The notes: generated from the letters alone by a model not told the origin. A stretch of 64,000 bases of DNA from Candidatus Multivoradales bacterium (GCA_965248925.1 CBDFLE010000006.1:864001-928000); one strand, 5' to 3'; shown: positions 19,008 to 29,151, counted from the first letter of the stretch. Numbers and translations are program-made.

Positions 19008-20441
19008 ATGAAAACCCCTGACGAGAATCGGCCTCAGAACCCGCTGCACGAGCGCTATGCCTCAGCCGAGATGGCGCGGCTGTTCTCCGCCAGCCACCGA
19101 CTGCGTACCTGGCGCCGGCTGTGGATCGCGCTGGCCGAGTGTCAGAGCGAACTCGGCTTGGAGATCAGCGCCGAGCAGGTAGCCACCCTACGCCGCGTCG
19201 AGCCGAAGATCGATCTCGAGCGGGTCGCCGAACTCGAACGCCAGACCAGGCATGACGTGGTTGCCCATCTGCGCCACTTCGCCGAGCAAGCCGGCGAAGC
19301 CGGTGGCATTCTGCACCTCGGCGCCACCAGCGCCTTCGTCACTGACAACACCGATGCCCTGCTCAGCAGAGACGCTCTGCGATTGCTGCGCGGCCAGCTG
19401 CTGGCGGTGATCGCCGGTCTGGCCGACTTCGCTCGCCGCCACAATAGTATCGCCACCCTGGCCTACACTCATCTGCAACCAGCCCAGCTGACCACGGTTG
19501 GCAAACGGGCCTGCTTGTGGCTGCAGGACTTCGTCTCCGACCTCACCGAGCTCGACCACTGCTTGGAGAACCTACGCTGCCGCGGGGTCAAGGGCACCAC
19601 CGGCACCCAGGCCAGTTTCCTCACCCTATTCGACGGTGATGACAGTCGCGTCCGGCGCCTCGACCTTCTGGTGGCGAAAAAACTAGGCTTCCAAGCGGCT
19701 TTCCCGATCACTGGACAGACCTATCCTCGCAAGCAGGACTCGCGCAGCCTGGCGGTGTTGGCGGGCATCGGCGAGAGCTGTCACAAGTTAGGCACCGACC
19801 TACGTCTACTGCAAGGTCTCGGCGAACTGGCAGAGCCCTTCGACGAACACCAGGTGGGCTCCTCGGCAATGGCCTATAAGCGCAATCCGATTCGTGCCGA
19901 GCGACTCTGCGGGTTATCGCGCCGCTTGCTCACCGACTCCCTCAACGGCCCCCTCAACGCCGCCACGCAGTGGCTTGAGCGCAGCCTGGACGACTCATCC
20001 AACCGCCGGCTGGTGCTACCCGATTCGTTCCTCGCCGCCGATGCCGTACTCAGCCTGGCGGCGCATCTAGCCAATGGCTTGAGAGTCCCCGAGGCTAGAA
20101 TTGCCCGCCGGGTCGAGCGTGAGCTGCCCTTCATGGCCACCGAGACCTTGCTGATGCACGCCGTCAAGCGAGGCGGTGATCGCCAAGAACTGCACGAGAG
20201 TCTCAGGCTGTACAGCCTGAAGGCCCAAGAAGAGATGGAAAGCGGCGGCAAAAACACCCTGGTCGAGCAAATCATCAGCGACGAAGACTTCAATCTCGAA
20301 CTCGAAGAGGTCCAGGGCTGGCTCGACCCGACCGCTTTTACCGGCCGCTCCGCAGCCCAGGTGGTGGAGTTCCTGGCCGAAGTCGTCGATCCGTTGCTCG
20401 AAAATGCCGAGCCAGCCGAGGTCGAAGAGCCGCGGATCTAG
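19008..20441 (+). CDS. purB: Adenylosuccinate lyase
   Basis: RHDV, HLGATS, THLQPAQ and signature SSAMAYKRNP. Confidence 0.93.
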   Translation: MKTPDENRPQNPLHERYASAEMARLFSASHRLRTWRRLWIALAECQSELGLEISAEQVATLRRVEPKIDLERVAELERQTRHDVVAHLRHFAEQAGEAGGILHLGATSAFVTDNTDALLSRDALRLLRGQLLAVIAGLADFARRHNSIATLAYTHLQPAQLTTVGKRACLWLQDFVSDLTELDHCLENLRCRGVKGTTGTQASFLTLFDGDDSRVRRLDLLVAKKLGFQAAFPITGQTYPRKQDSRSLAVLAGIGESCHKLGTDLRLLQGLGELAEPFDEHQVGSSAMAYKRNPIRAERLCGLSRRLLTDSLNGPLNAATQWLERSLDDSSNRRLVLPDSFLAADAVLSLAAHLANGLRVPEARIARRVERELPFMATETLLMHAVKRGGDRQELHESLRLYSLKAQEEMESGGKNTLVEQIISDEDFNLELEEVQGWLDPTAFTGRSAAQVVEFLAEVVDPLLENAEPAEVEEPRI

Positions 20442-20450
20442 GCGGTTGCG

Positions 20451-21125
20451 ATGGAGAAATCGATCATGGGAACCGTATTCGCTAGCTGGCCAGGTCGCGG
20501 CAGCCTACTCTGCCTGGCCCTCCTCGCCCTGAGCAGTGGTGCTTGCGCCGGTCGCCGGATCGAGCCGGTCAAAGGTGCCACCCAGCGGGGCATCGCCTCG
20601 TGGTATGGCGAACCGTTCCACGGCCGCAAGACCGCCAACGGCGAGACCTATGACATGCACGGCATCTCGGCCGCCCACCAGCACCTACCGCTGGGCAGCG
20701 TGGTGCGGGTCACCAACCTCGACAACGGCCGCCAAATCGAAGTACGGATCAACGATCGCGGCCCCTTCGTCGGCGGCCGTATCCTCGATCTGTCCTACGG
20801 CGCCGCCCAACGGTTGGGAATGGCCAAGGCTGGCCTGGCGAAGATCAAACTCGAAGTCTTATCGATCGACCGCAGCCAACTCAGCCGGCGGTACTACGGC
20901 CGCCAGAGCTGGACCGTTCAAGCTGGCGCCTTCCGCGACCTCGGCAACGCCGACGACCGACAGAGCCAGCTCGAAGCCGCCGGCTACACCGTCCAGCGGT
21001 CCACCGGACCGAACGGCGTGATCCGATTGCGAGTCGGTGAGTTCAACAAGAAGTCCCATGCCCAGCGGGTGCTGGTCAAACTACGCCAGCTGGGTATCGA
21101 GGGAGTGGTAGTGGCACGGCGCTGA
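20451..21125 (+). CDS. rlpA: Septal ring lytic transglycosylase RlpA with SPOR domain
   Basis: GIASWYG, TANGE, RINDRGPF, DLS and C-terminal VQAGAF SPOR domain. Confidence 0.9.
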   Translation: MEKSIMGTVFASWPGRGSLLCLALLALSSGACAGRRIEPVKGATQRGIASWYGEPFHGRKTANGETYDMHGISAAHQHLPLGSVVRVTNLDNGRQIEVRINDRGPFVGGRILDLSYGAAQRLGMAKAGLAKIKLEVLSIDRSQLSRRYYGRQSWTVQAGAFRDLGNADDRQSQLEAAGYTVQRSTGPNGVIRLRVGEFNKKSHAQRVLVKLRQLGIEGVVVARR

Positions 21126-21483
21126 ATAGCCTGCCCCCCCTAAGCTACTGGCCAGCTGGTCGATCAACCACTGAGGGGTTGCCGCTGAGAGATCTCTGCT
21201 GCATGTCCAGAGATGAGAGATCTCTGGCACGACGATTGGCGTATCTCCTCGTTGTTGAGGGTGAATCGAATGTTGAAATCCGATTCAGGATACGCCACCT
21301 GATTTTTCTCCCCACACACAAGTTTCGACACGGATTACCTTCTGCGGCAGCTGCCGCCTGAATCCGCAGTCCAGGACAATGCGAAGCAACCACCGCCGCC
21401 GTGAGGACCAGTATCTACTCGAAGAGATCATCGTGCTGGCTCTTACCCGATCGATCCATTGAAATTTCACTCTACTCGCGCCT

Positions 21484-22560
21484 TCAAGGGCTGAGTGACC
21501 CTATCCACCCCTTGATCCCCGCATCGAGCCGCTGGCGGTCGTCATAGCGATCAAAAGCGATTTGCAAAAGGCGGTCGACTAGATCCGGCAGAGCCACTCC
21601 GGAGAGTTCCCAGAGGCGGGGATACATCGAAATATCAGTGAATCCGGGCATAGTGTTCAACTCGTTGACATAGAGCTTCTGACTCTCTTGCTCGAGTAGG
21701 AAGTCGACCCGTGCCAGGCCATGGCCGCCGAGCGCCGTGAAGGCGGCAATGGCGGTGGCCCGTAGCTCTCCGGCAGTGGCTGGATCGAGTTCTGCCGGGG
21801 CGATCAGGCGGGCGCCGTCTTCGAGGTACTTGTCGGCGTAGTCGTAGAATTCCTTGCCCGGCACGATCTCGCCAATCGCCGAGGCTTCGATCTGGTGGTA
21901 CCCCAGCACCCCACATTCGAGTTCGCGACCCACAATGGCGCGCTCCACCAGCAGCCGGTCGGCGAAGCCAAATCCGTGCTTCAGCGCGGCTCCAAAGTGA
22001 TGCGGTTCCGAAACCTTGCTGACCCCGACACTCGAGCCGCCGAGCGCCGGCTTGACGAACAGCGGCCAACCAAGCCGCTGGCAACGTTCGAGCACCTTGG
22101 CGGGTTCCTCGCGCTGACGGCGATCAACGATCTCGGCGTCGACTACCGCGATCCCCGCCGCTGCCAGCACCTGCTTGCTAAGCACTTTGTCCATGGCCAG
22201 CGCGCAGGTGGTGACCTCGGCACCGACGTACGGTAGGTCTAGCATCTCGCACAGTCCTTGGAGAGTGCCGTCCTCGCCCCAAGTACCGTGAACCAGCGGG
22301 AAGACCACCTCGACCTCGGCGCCGCTCAGCCGATCGAGGGTAGCCGCGACGGGCAAGCCGGTGCTCGGCAAATCCTGGCGATGACCGGCGAGCAGAGCTG
22401 CCGAATCTCCGCGCGACGCCCACGAGCCGTCCATGGCGATGGCCAACGGCACCACCCGGTGGCCAGCCACCGCCAAGCCACGGGCCACGGTCCGCGCCGA
22501 GCACACCGAAACCCGGTGCTCAACACTCCGTCCACCAAATACCAAAGCCACTTGCAACAT
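21484..22560 (-). CDS. ddl: D-alanine--D-alanine ligase
   Basis: FGGRSVEHRVS, HGTWGEDG, GGSSVGV and NELNTMPGFT. Start MLQV at 22560. Confidence 0.93.
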   Translation of the reverse strand: MLQVALVFGGRSVEHRVSVCSARTVARGLAVAGHRVVPLAIAMDGSWASRGDSAALLAGHRQDLPSTGLPVAATLDRLSGAEVEVVFPLVHGTWGEDGTLQGLCEMLDLPYVGAEVTTCALAMDKVLSKQVLAAAGIAVVDAEIVDRRQREEPAKVLERCQRLGWPLFVKPALGGSSVGVSKVSEPHHFGAALKHGFGFADRLLVERAIVGRELECGVLGYHQIEASAIGEIVPGKEFYDYADKYLEDGARLIAPAELDPATAGELRATAIAAFTALGGHGLARVDFLLEQESQKLYVNELNTMPGFTDISMYPRLWELSGVALPDLVDRLLQIAFDRYDDRQRLDAGIKGWIGSLSP

Positions 22561-22638
22561 CGTGGGTGATCCTATCCGACCCTCAAGCCGTGGCGAAGCA
22601 GTGGCGACAGGCCGGCAATAGGTGGGAGGCGCGCCGCC

Positions 22639-22860
22639 GTGGTTCTGAAGCCTGAGTCCATTCGCGCCCGCTTGCTGAAGCTCTAAGAAGTCGTCTCCCG
22701 CCTGCAAAAGCTTCAAGATCTCTACCAGGAGCAACTTCGCCGCAGCTTCCGCGACACCTGGGCGATGGAGCGAGGCTTGCAACTCGGCGCCGAGATCCTA
22801 TTCGATGCCGGCAACCACATCCTCAGGGCCTATTTCGGCTCCAGCGCCGATAGCTACGGC
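22639..22860 (+). pseudogene. Disrupted HEPN/DUF86 (HepT-like) toxin
   Basis: GTG after GGGAGG gives MVLKPESIRARLLKL*EVVSRLQ...WAMERGLQLGAEILFDAGNHIL...ADSY. In-frame TAA at 22684 and 3' truncation before the RxxxxH motif. Confidence 0.7.
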
Positions 22861-22885
22861 GCCCCCGGCAACACCGCGAGCCCCG

Positions 22886-24466
22886 TTACACCGTACCTAA
22901 ATCCACCAACTGAGCGCTGTTGACCTCGACCAAATTACGGATCTCCGCCAGTACAGCGTCGCCAGGTGCTCCATCGAGCCGCACTACGGCCATCGCTTCG
23001 CCGCTGCCCGGCTGGCGCGACAGGTGGATAGCGGCAATATTCACCCCGGCACTGCCCAGTGAGGTACCAAGACGCCCCACCACACCTGGCACATCGTCGT
23101 TGCGCACCACCAGCAAGAAGCCCGTGGGCTGGAACTCCAGTGGATGATCCCCCAGGCGCACAATACGCGGTTCCTGATCATGAAATAGGGTGCCGGCGAT
23201 TTCGATCTCACCCGCGTCGCTGGACAGGCGCACGGCGATCAAGTTGGGGTGATTACCCGGCCCGCTGTGGCGGACTCGGCAGACCTCAATACCGCGTTCT
23301 GTGGCCAGATGCTCGGCATTGACGTAGTTCACCGCCTCCCCCAGCACCCGGCTCAGCGCCCCCTTGAGCGCCGCCACGGTGATCGGCACTTCGAGCTCGT
23401 CCTCAGTTCCCCAGAGGTCGACCGCCACACTGAGCGGCGCCCCTTCCAGCAGATGGCCGGCCAACATCCCGAGCTTCTCCGCCAAGCGCAAGAAGGGCTC
23501 ACTACTACTGCCCGCCGGGCGGAAGGGCAGATTGACCGCGGTGATCGCCAACGAGCCATCGAGCGCCGCCATCACCATACGCGCCGTGTCGGTCGAGATG
23601 CGCACTTGCGCCTCACGAGTCTGAGCACCGAGGTGGGGGGTGGCGACCACCCGCGGATGGGCGGCGAGGGTGAAGTCCTCGGGCGGCTCCTGGGCGAAGA
23701 CGTCGAGACCGGCAGCCGCCAGATGGCCGCTCTCCAACGCCTCTAGCAGCGCCTGCTCATCCACCACTCCGCCACGGCCACAGTTGATCAGGATGGCCCC
23801 TTCCTTAATCTTGGCGATGCGCTCGGCGGAAATCAGATTGCGCGTCTCGGCGGTGAGCGGGGTATGTAGAGTGATGAAGTCGCTGCGTTCCAAGAGTTCG
23901 TCCAGCTCCAGCGGCTCAGCGTCGTAACGCCGCACCACATCGGCGTCGAGAAAGGGATCGTAGGCGAACACTTCCATTTCGAAAGCCCGAGCCCGCCGCG
24001 CCACCCGCTGGCCGATGCGACCGAAGCCGATCACACCGAGGGACTTGCCCTGAAGTTCGACACCGACGAATCGTTTGCGATCCCAGTCCTTGCCTTTCAA
24101 TGCCGCATCCGCCTTTGGCACGTTGCGAGCGACCGCCAACAACAGCGCAAAAGTATGCTCGGTAGCCGATAGTAGATTAGCGGTCGGCGCGTTGACCACC
24201 AAAATACCGCGCTCGGTAGCAGCCTTGATGTCGACATTGTCGACGCCAATACCCGCTCGGCCTACCACCCGCAGCTTCTTGCCCGCCGCGAGCAACTCGG
24301 CGGTCACTGTGGTACCACTGCGCACCACCAAGGCGTCGTAGTCGCCGATCAGCTCGGCCAGCTTCGGCTTGTCTGCCGCCGGTAGCTCGAAAACCTCGTG
24401 GCCGGAGTCGCGCAACAGCGCCAAGCCGGTCTTCTCCAGCGGGTCGGAAACCAAGATCTTGTACAT
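22886..24466 (-). CDS. serA: D-3-phosphoglycerate dehydrogenase
   Basis: RAGIGVDNVD, GFGRIG, TPHLGAQT, and C-terminal ASB and ACT domains. Confidence 0.93.
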   Translation of the reverse strand: MYKILVSDPLEKTGLALLRDSGHEVFELPAADKPKLAELIGDYDALVVRSGTTVTAELLAAGKKLRVVGRAGIGVDNVDIKAATERGILVVNAPTANLLSATEHTFALLLAVARNVPKADAALKGKDWDRKRFVGVELQGKSLGVIGFGRIGQRVARRARAFEMEVFAYDPFLDADVVRRYDAEPLELDELLERSDFITLHTPLTAETRNLISAERIAKIKEGAILINCGRGGVVDEQALLEALESGHLAAAGLDVFAQEPPEDFTLAAHPRVVATPHLGAQTREAQVRISTDTARMVMAALDGSLAITAVNLPFRPAGSSSEPFLRLAEKLGMLAGHLLEGAPLSVAVDLWGTEDELEVPITVAALKGALSRVLGEAVNYVNAEHLATERGIEVCRVRHSGPGNHPNLIAVRLSSDAGEIEIAGTLFHDQEPRIVRLGDHPLEFQPTGFLLVVRNDDVPGVVGRLGTSLGSAGVNIAAIHLSRQPGSGEAMAVVRLDGAPGDAVLAEIRNLVEVNSAQLVDLGTV

Positions 24467-24496
24467 GTCGAAAGTCCTCTTCGATATTCAACCAGA

Positions 24497-25651
24497 TCAG
24501 CGCAGCTCTTCGACCGCTGCATCAATAGCTTCAAACAGCCGACTCAGATCTTTGGAGCGCACCTCACCCATGTGACCAATGCGAATCGTGCTCGGCTTCC
24601 AATCCCCATAACCACCACCCAAGGTGATGCCTTGCTCGGCAAGTTTGGCCACCAAGGCCGGGGCTTCGATCCCCGCTGGTGGGCGCAAGCAGCTGACCGT
24701 CGGCGAAGCCGCGGTGGCGGCCGAGGCGTACGCAAAACCGCGCGCAGCCGCCCATGCTTCGGTCTCGGCGCGTAGATCAAGGTGGCGCTGCCAGCGGGCT
24801 TCGAGCCCCTCGGCCATGATGTGGCCTAGCTGCACCTCGGCGGCACGGATCTGCGGCACCGCCGGAGTGGTGACGGTCATCCCAGCCCGATGCTTGTCCA
24901 CGTAGCGCACCAGATCGGTGTAGTAGCCCCGGTGTTCGATTCCTGCGGCCCGTTGCAGAGCGCGCTCAGAGGCGCTGATAAAGGCCAAGCCGGGCGGCAG
25001 AGCGAGTGCTTTCTGAGCGCCAGTAAACATGTAGTCAATCCCCCACGCTTCAGTCTCGGCGCGGGCGCCAGCGATCGATGATACCCCGTCGACCAGGATC
25101 AACGCATCGCTCTCTTGTCGCACCACTTCAGCGATTTCCGCCAACGGATTGAGCACCCCGGTGGAAGTCTCGTTATGAGCCAAAGTGACGACTTCGTAAC
25201 GCTTGCGGCGCAGGGCCTGACGCAGCAAATCGGGATCGATCGACTGTCCCCACGGCACCGAGACTTCGTCGACCTCGAGACCGAGGGTGGTAGCGACCAG
25301 GCGGAAACGCTCGGAGAACGCCCCGCAAGTCAGGCACAGCACTTGCGAACGCACCAGCGAACGCAGCGCCACCTCCCAGGCCAGCGAACCGCTGGAAGTC
25401 AACGCCACAACATCGCCAGAAGTACGGAATACCGACGGCAGTAGCGCCGACAAACGACCGTAAAGCGCCTTGAAATCAGCCGAGCGGTGGCCGATCGACT
25501 GCGCCGTCATTGCTTGGCGAACATCTTCACGAACATAGGTCGGACCGGGCAAAAAGAAACGGATCTCTTCGCTGGCGCGGGTGTTTGACAAACTAGTCAA
25601 GGAAACCTCCTGGAAGTGCCGACGCGGCGTTGCTGCCTCAGGTTCAATCAT
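24497..25651 (-). CDS. Class V PLP aminotransferase (alanine-glyoxylate/phosphoserine aminotransferase-like)
   Basis: FLPGPT, HNETSTG, DGVSS, QKALALPPGL and RIGHMG. Directly upstream of serA. Exact start uncertain. Confidence 0.88.
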   Translation of the reverse strand: MIEPEAATPRRHFQEVSLTSLSNTRASEEIRFFLPGPTYVREDVRQAMTAQSIGHRSADFKALYGRLSALLPSVFRTSGDVVALTSSGSLAWEVALRSLVRSQVLCLTCGAFSERFRLVATTLGLEVDEVSVPWGQSIDPDLLRQALRRKRYEVVTLAHNETSTGVLNPLAEIAEVVRQESDALILVDGVSSIAGARAETEAWGIDYMFTGAQKALALPPGLAFISASERALQRAAGIEHRGYYTDLVRYVDKHRAGMTVTTPAVPQIRAAEVQLGHIMAEGLEARWQRHLDLRAETEAWAAARGFAYASAATAASPTVSCLRPPAGIEAPALVAKLAEQGITLGGGYGDWKPSTIRIGHMGEVRSKDLSRLFEAIDAAVEELR

Positions 25652-25663
25652 CTAGCCTAGCTG

Positions 25664-26104
25664 CTAAGTGGTCACCGGCAATCCCGCTCCCGGCCAGGGC
25701 CGAGGCTTGGTCAAGGCACTGAGCAGCCGCTCGGTCGTCCAGACCTCACTGACCGGCTTGCCGATTGGAAAGGTGAGTTTCCAGCTCTCGCCGCGCTGCG
25801 TCAAGAGGGGAGCCGATAAGTTTCCCTGTACCAGCACCAGCCGACAACCCAAGAAGTGCTCCCGCAGCAAGTCGCGAAATACCACCGCACCACGCAACGG
25901 CTTGACCACCACGCTGCGTCCGCCATCTACCGCCACTGCCCGCAAGGCGCCGGCCGCGGCGGCGGCTTCGAGTTCTGGATCGCAGGTCGCCGGGCTCTCC
26001 AGCTGCAACCAACCCACCCGCAGCCCGGCATTCTTGGCGGCAGTGATCAGCTCGCTGAAGATCGCCGCCTGCTCGGTGACTCGCAGTAGATGAATGGTCT
26101 TCAT
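25664..26104 (-). CDS. Hypothetical protein, possible degenerate MobB-like fold
   Basis: Translationally coupled to the upstream gene. GLRVG, GA..AVAV and LVLVQG patterns resemble MobB but there is no P-loop. Confidence 0.6.
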   Translation of the reverse strand: MKTIHLLRVTEQAAIFSELITAAKNAGLRVGWLQLESPATCDPELEAAAAAGALRAVAVDGGRSVVVKPLRGAVVFRDLLREHFLGCRLVLVQGNLSAPLLTQRGESWKLTFPIGKPVSEVWTTERLLSALTKPRPWPGAGLPVTT

Positions 26105-27279
26105 GTCTTCTCCTCGGGATAGAGCAGGATCTGCCGCCGCTCAGCGCGGAATTCAGCTTCATCGGCACCCCAGCTTGCCACCCACTCAGCCACCGAAGTG
26201 TCCGCCTCGAGCGCCAGTCGCAACTCCGTGCCGCCACTCAGCAAATCGATCGCCGGCCGATCAGAGACAAACTCATAAGGCGCCTCTCGCCAGGCAAAGC
26301 GGGCGCCGAGTTCAGCCCGCAGAGCGACCAGAATCTCGACCCCACAGCGGTAGGGCTCGAGCACAGCGGCATCATCCACCAGCAGCTCGACGCCACCGCA
26401 GAGCGCCCCGGCATGTTTTTGAAACTGGGTACGGAAATAGGTCGGAACCGCGCTCAGCCCCGGCAGATCTCGCAACCGCCTGGCCAGCGACGGCGGGTCG
26501 ATCCGCGGCTCACCAAGAAGCAGGAATGGGCGAGTCGTGCCACGGCCCTCAGAGATCTCGGTCGCCTCCAAGAGACACAGACCGGGATAGACCAGGGCGG
26601 TCAGAAAGCTGGGCATGTTGGGCGACGGCGCCAACCACGGCCGGCCGGTCTCGGGCCACAGCATCGAGCGCCGCCAGCCGCGCAGCGGCCACACCCGCAG
26701 CCCCTCTCCCCAACCTCGCCGCTCAGCCTCCAGGCGGACCAATTCACCAAGGGTCAAGCCGTGGCGCACCGGGGTGCGGAAAGCACCGACGAACGACTCA
26801 AAACCCGGCCGCGGCAAATCACCCTCCACCTCCTCACCACCGAGCGGATTGGGTCGATCCAACAGCCACACCTCGACCCCGGCGGCAAGCGCCTCTTCGG
26901 CCGCCCAAACGGCGGTGGCGGCGTAAGTGTAGTAGCGGCTGCCGACATCTTGAAGATCGATCAACAGCAGGTCGAGTGAGTCGAAGGCCTCGGCGCTGGG
27001 CCGCAATGAACCTTCGTCGGCACCGTAGAGGGAGCGGATCGGTGCCCCGGTCCAAGGATCGCGCTCATCGGCGCTAGCCACCATGTCCTGTTCGACGCCA
27101 TAGTAGCCATGTTCCGGACCGAATAGAGCCATCGGCGGCCCACTCGACGAAGCAGCCAAAGCGAGATGCAGCGGCCGCCGCCGCGCATCCACCGAAGCAC
27201 CGTGGGCGAGCAATCCCCAGCGCCGACCGGCGAGTTCAGCAGAGCGCTCGAGCAGCAGGTCGCAGCCGGTCGAAATCAC
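26101..27279 (-). CDS. DUF1343/NamZ-like exo-beta-N-acetylmuramidase
   Basis: LFGPEHG, DLQDVGSRYYTY, LDRPNPLG, PSPNMP and SEGRGTTRPF. GTG start overlaps the moaC stop. Confidence 0.88.
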   Translation of the reverse strand: MISTGCDLLLERSAELAGRRWGLLAHGASVDARRRPLHLALAASSSGPPMALFGPEHGYYGVEQDMVASADERDPWTGAPIRSLYGADEGSLRPSAEAFDSLDLLLIDLQDVGSRYYTYAATAVWAAEEALAAGVEVWLLDRPNPLGGEEVEGDLPRPGFESFVGAFRTPVRHGLTLGELVRLEAERRGWGEGLRVWPLRGWRRSMLWPETGRPWLAPSPNMPSFLTALVYPGLCLLEATEISEGRGTTRPFLLLGEPRIDPPSLARRLRDLPGLSAVPTYFRTQFQKHAGALCGGVELLVDDAAVLEPYRCGVEILVALRAELGARFAWREAPYEFVSDRPAIDLLSGGTELRLALEADTSVAEWVASWGADEAEFRAERRQILLYPEEKT

Positions 27280-27797
27280 TCCCCTTCCTCCGCGCCGTGC
27301 CGCCGTGGGTCGCGACGCCACTGGCCGCTGCGCCCACCGCTCTTGCCTTCGAGTCGCAGATCGGTGATCACCGCGCCACGCTCAACCGCTTTGACCATGT
27401 CGTAGAGCGCCAAGGCGGCGGCATGGCAAGCCACCATCGCTTCGAGTTCGGCACCGGTGCGAGCGGTGACCACCACCCGGCTGCGAATCTCGACCCCCTC
27501 GCTGCTCGGCAGCAGCTCGACCTCGATTTGGTCGAGGGGCAAGGTGTGGGCCAAGGGGATCAGCTGATCGACCCGCTTAGCCGCCTGAATGCCGGCGATT
27601 CGCGCCACCGCCACCGCGTCTCCCTTGGCCATCTGGCCCAGCCGATCGACGGTAGCGGCCGACATCGACACGCGGCACGAGGCACTGGCTTGGCGACGGC
27701 TGATCGGCTTGTTGGAAACATCGACCATCTGCGCTCGACCCTCGCTATCGAGATGGCTGAAGGCGGCTGCGGATTCGGGCTGATCTGGCTCTGACAT
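27276..27797 (-). CDS. moaC: Cyclic pyranopterin monophosphate synthase MoaC
   Basis: SHLD..G.AQMVDVS.K, KGD, LIPLAH, YDMVKAV and KSGGRSG. Confidence 0.92.
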   Translation of the reverse strand: MSEPDQPESAAAFSHLDSEGRAQMVDVSNKPISRRQASASCRVSMSAATVDRLGQMAKGDAVAVARIAGIQAAKRVDQLIPLAHTLPLDQIEVELLPSSEGVEIRSRVVVTARTGAELEAMVACHAAALALYDMVKAVERGAVITDLRLEGKSGGRSGQWRRDPRRHGAEEGE

Positions 27798-27956
27798 TGG
27801 GCTGCCCCCCCATCCATATGGGTGGAAAAGGTTGTGGCTCGGATCGCGGGCCGCCATTATGCTACGATCCGCGCCTCTCGCAACCCGCTTTCCCACTACC
27901 TCATGCGTCTAGTGATCGTTATCCCGACGCTCAACGAACGGCCCCGTTTAGAGCGC
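27771..27956 (+). repeat. Direct repeat copy 1 (~185 bp: moaC 5' end, divergent promoter region, GT2 5' end)
   Basis: Near-identical to 33270-33453 (two substitutions and two 1-bp indels seen). Contains the truncated start MRLVIVIPTLNERPRLER. Confidence 0.92.
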
Positions 27957-28057
27957 CTTTCAGGGTGCTTTCAGGGTGCCACCCAAGTCGTGTTCCTTTC
28001 AGGGTGCCACCCAAGTCGTGTTCTTTCAGGGTGCCTTTCAGGGTGCCACCCAAGTCG
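27957..28057 (+). repeat. Tandem REP-like repeats TTTCAGGGTGCCACCCAAGTCGT (3 full copies plus 2 partial TTTCAGGGTGC)
   Basis: Directly visible. Core GGGTG-C-CACCC palindrome, about 125 bp upstream of a HUH transposase. Confidence 0.85.
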
Positions 28058-28182
28058 TATTCCCTTATTTTCAACAGCTTACACTCTGCACAAGATGTAG
28101 CGTGCCAGATCTTCTGCAGAGGCTTCTAAGTTTCTCTCCCGAAACCGCAAGATTGGCGTCCCTCCTGTCGTCTCTGGGGGGT

Positions 28183-29151
28183 ATGGGAAGACAACTCCGA
28201 CACATTCGCCCCGGCGGCGCCATCTTCGAAGTCACGACGCGCTGCCTCCAAAGCCGATACCTGCTACCTGCTGGCGAGCACTTCCGCAGCATTGCGATCG
28301 GCATCATCGCCCGCGCCCAGCAGCTCCATCCGGTGGAGATCTACGCTTTCGGTGGCCTCCTCAACCACCTCCATTTCCTGATCGGAGCCGCCAACGTCAA
28401 AGATCTATCCGGCTTCATGGAGTACGTCAACGGCAACCTTGCCCGCGAAGCAAATCTCATTGTCGACTGGCCGGAGAAATTCTGGGGCCGCCGCTTCCGA
28501 GCTATCGAAGTCAGCAACGAAGAGGCGGCGTTGGTTTCCAGACTGCGCTATGTGATCAGCCACGGCCCGAAAGAGAATCTGGTGCTCCGCTGCCGGGAGT
28601 GGCCAGGGCTGCAGTGCATCGAAGCTCTCACCCAGGGCAAACCTCTAGAGGGGATTTGGCGTGACCGCAGTCTCGAGTACGAAGCCCACCGCCGTTACCA
28701 GAAGGTCGACCTTGAGACCTTCACCAAACGCCATACCCTGCGGCTGGATCCGCTGCCCTGCTGGCGGCACCAGCCGTCTGATGAAATTCGACGGCGTCTT
28801 ACCGAGATGGTCGCGGAGATCGATGCTGAAAGCGCCCGACGGGTGGTACTCGGCGGCCCCGTGCCCCTGGGTGCGGCAGTGATCCGCAAGCAGCACCCAC
28901 ACCAGCGGCCTGCTCGCAGCAAGAAATCTCCAGCCCCAGCTGTCCATGCAGCATCGAGAGCGGTCCGCAAGCAGTTGAAGGAGGCTTACCGCCTCTTCGT
29001 CGAGGCATACCGGCAGGCGGCCGTCCGCTTGCGGGCAGGCGACTACTCGGTAGAGTTTCCGCCGAGCTGTTTTCCGCCCCCACGGCCCTGTGTTTCGAGT
29101 GACTTTGAGCGACCAGGTAGTAGAGCAGGGCCGACCCGGGTGCCTGGATAG
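28183..29151 (+). mobile_element. REP-associated tyrosine transposase-like (IS200/Y1 HUH) gene
   Basis: FEVTTRC, NHLHFL (HUH), FWGRRFR, LRYVISHGPKE and C-terminal FPPSCFPP. Start MGRQLR at 28183. Confidence 0.8.

Noticed and set aside
21331-21366. Possible integron attC site
   Set aside because: It lacks the RYYYAAC/GTTRRRY core boxes and there is no integron integrase or cassette array.
27957-28057. Possible CRISPR array
   Set aside because: The repeats are nearly contiguous, without unique 25-40 bp spacers, and there are no cas genes.
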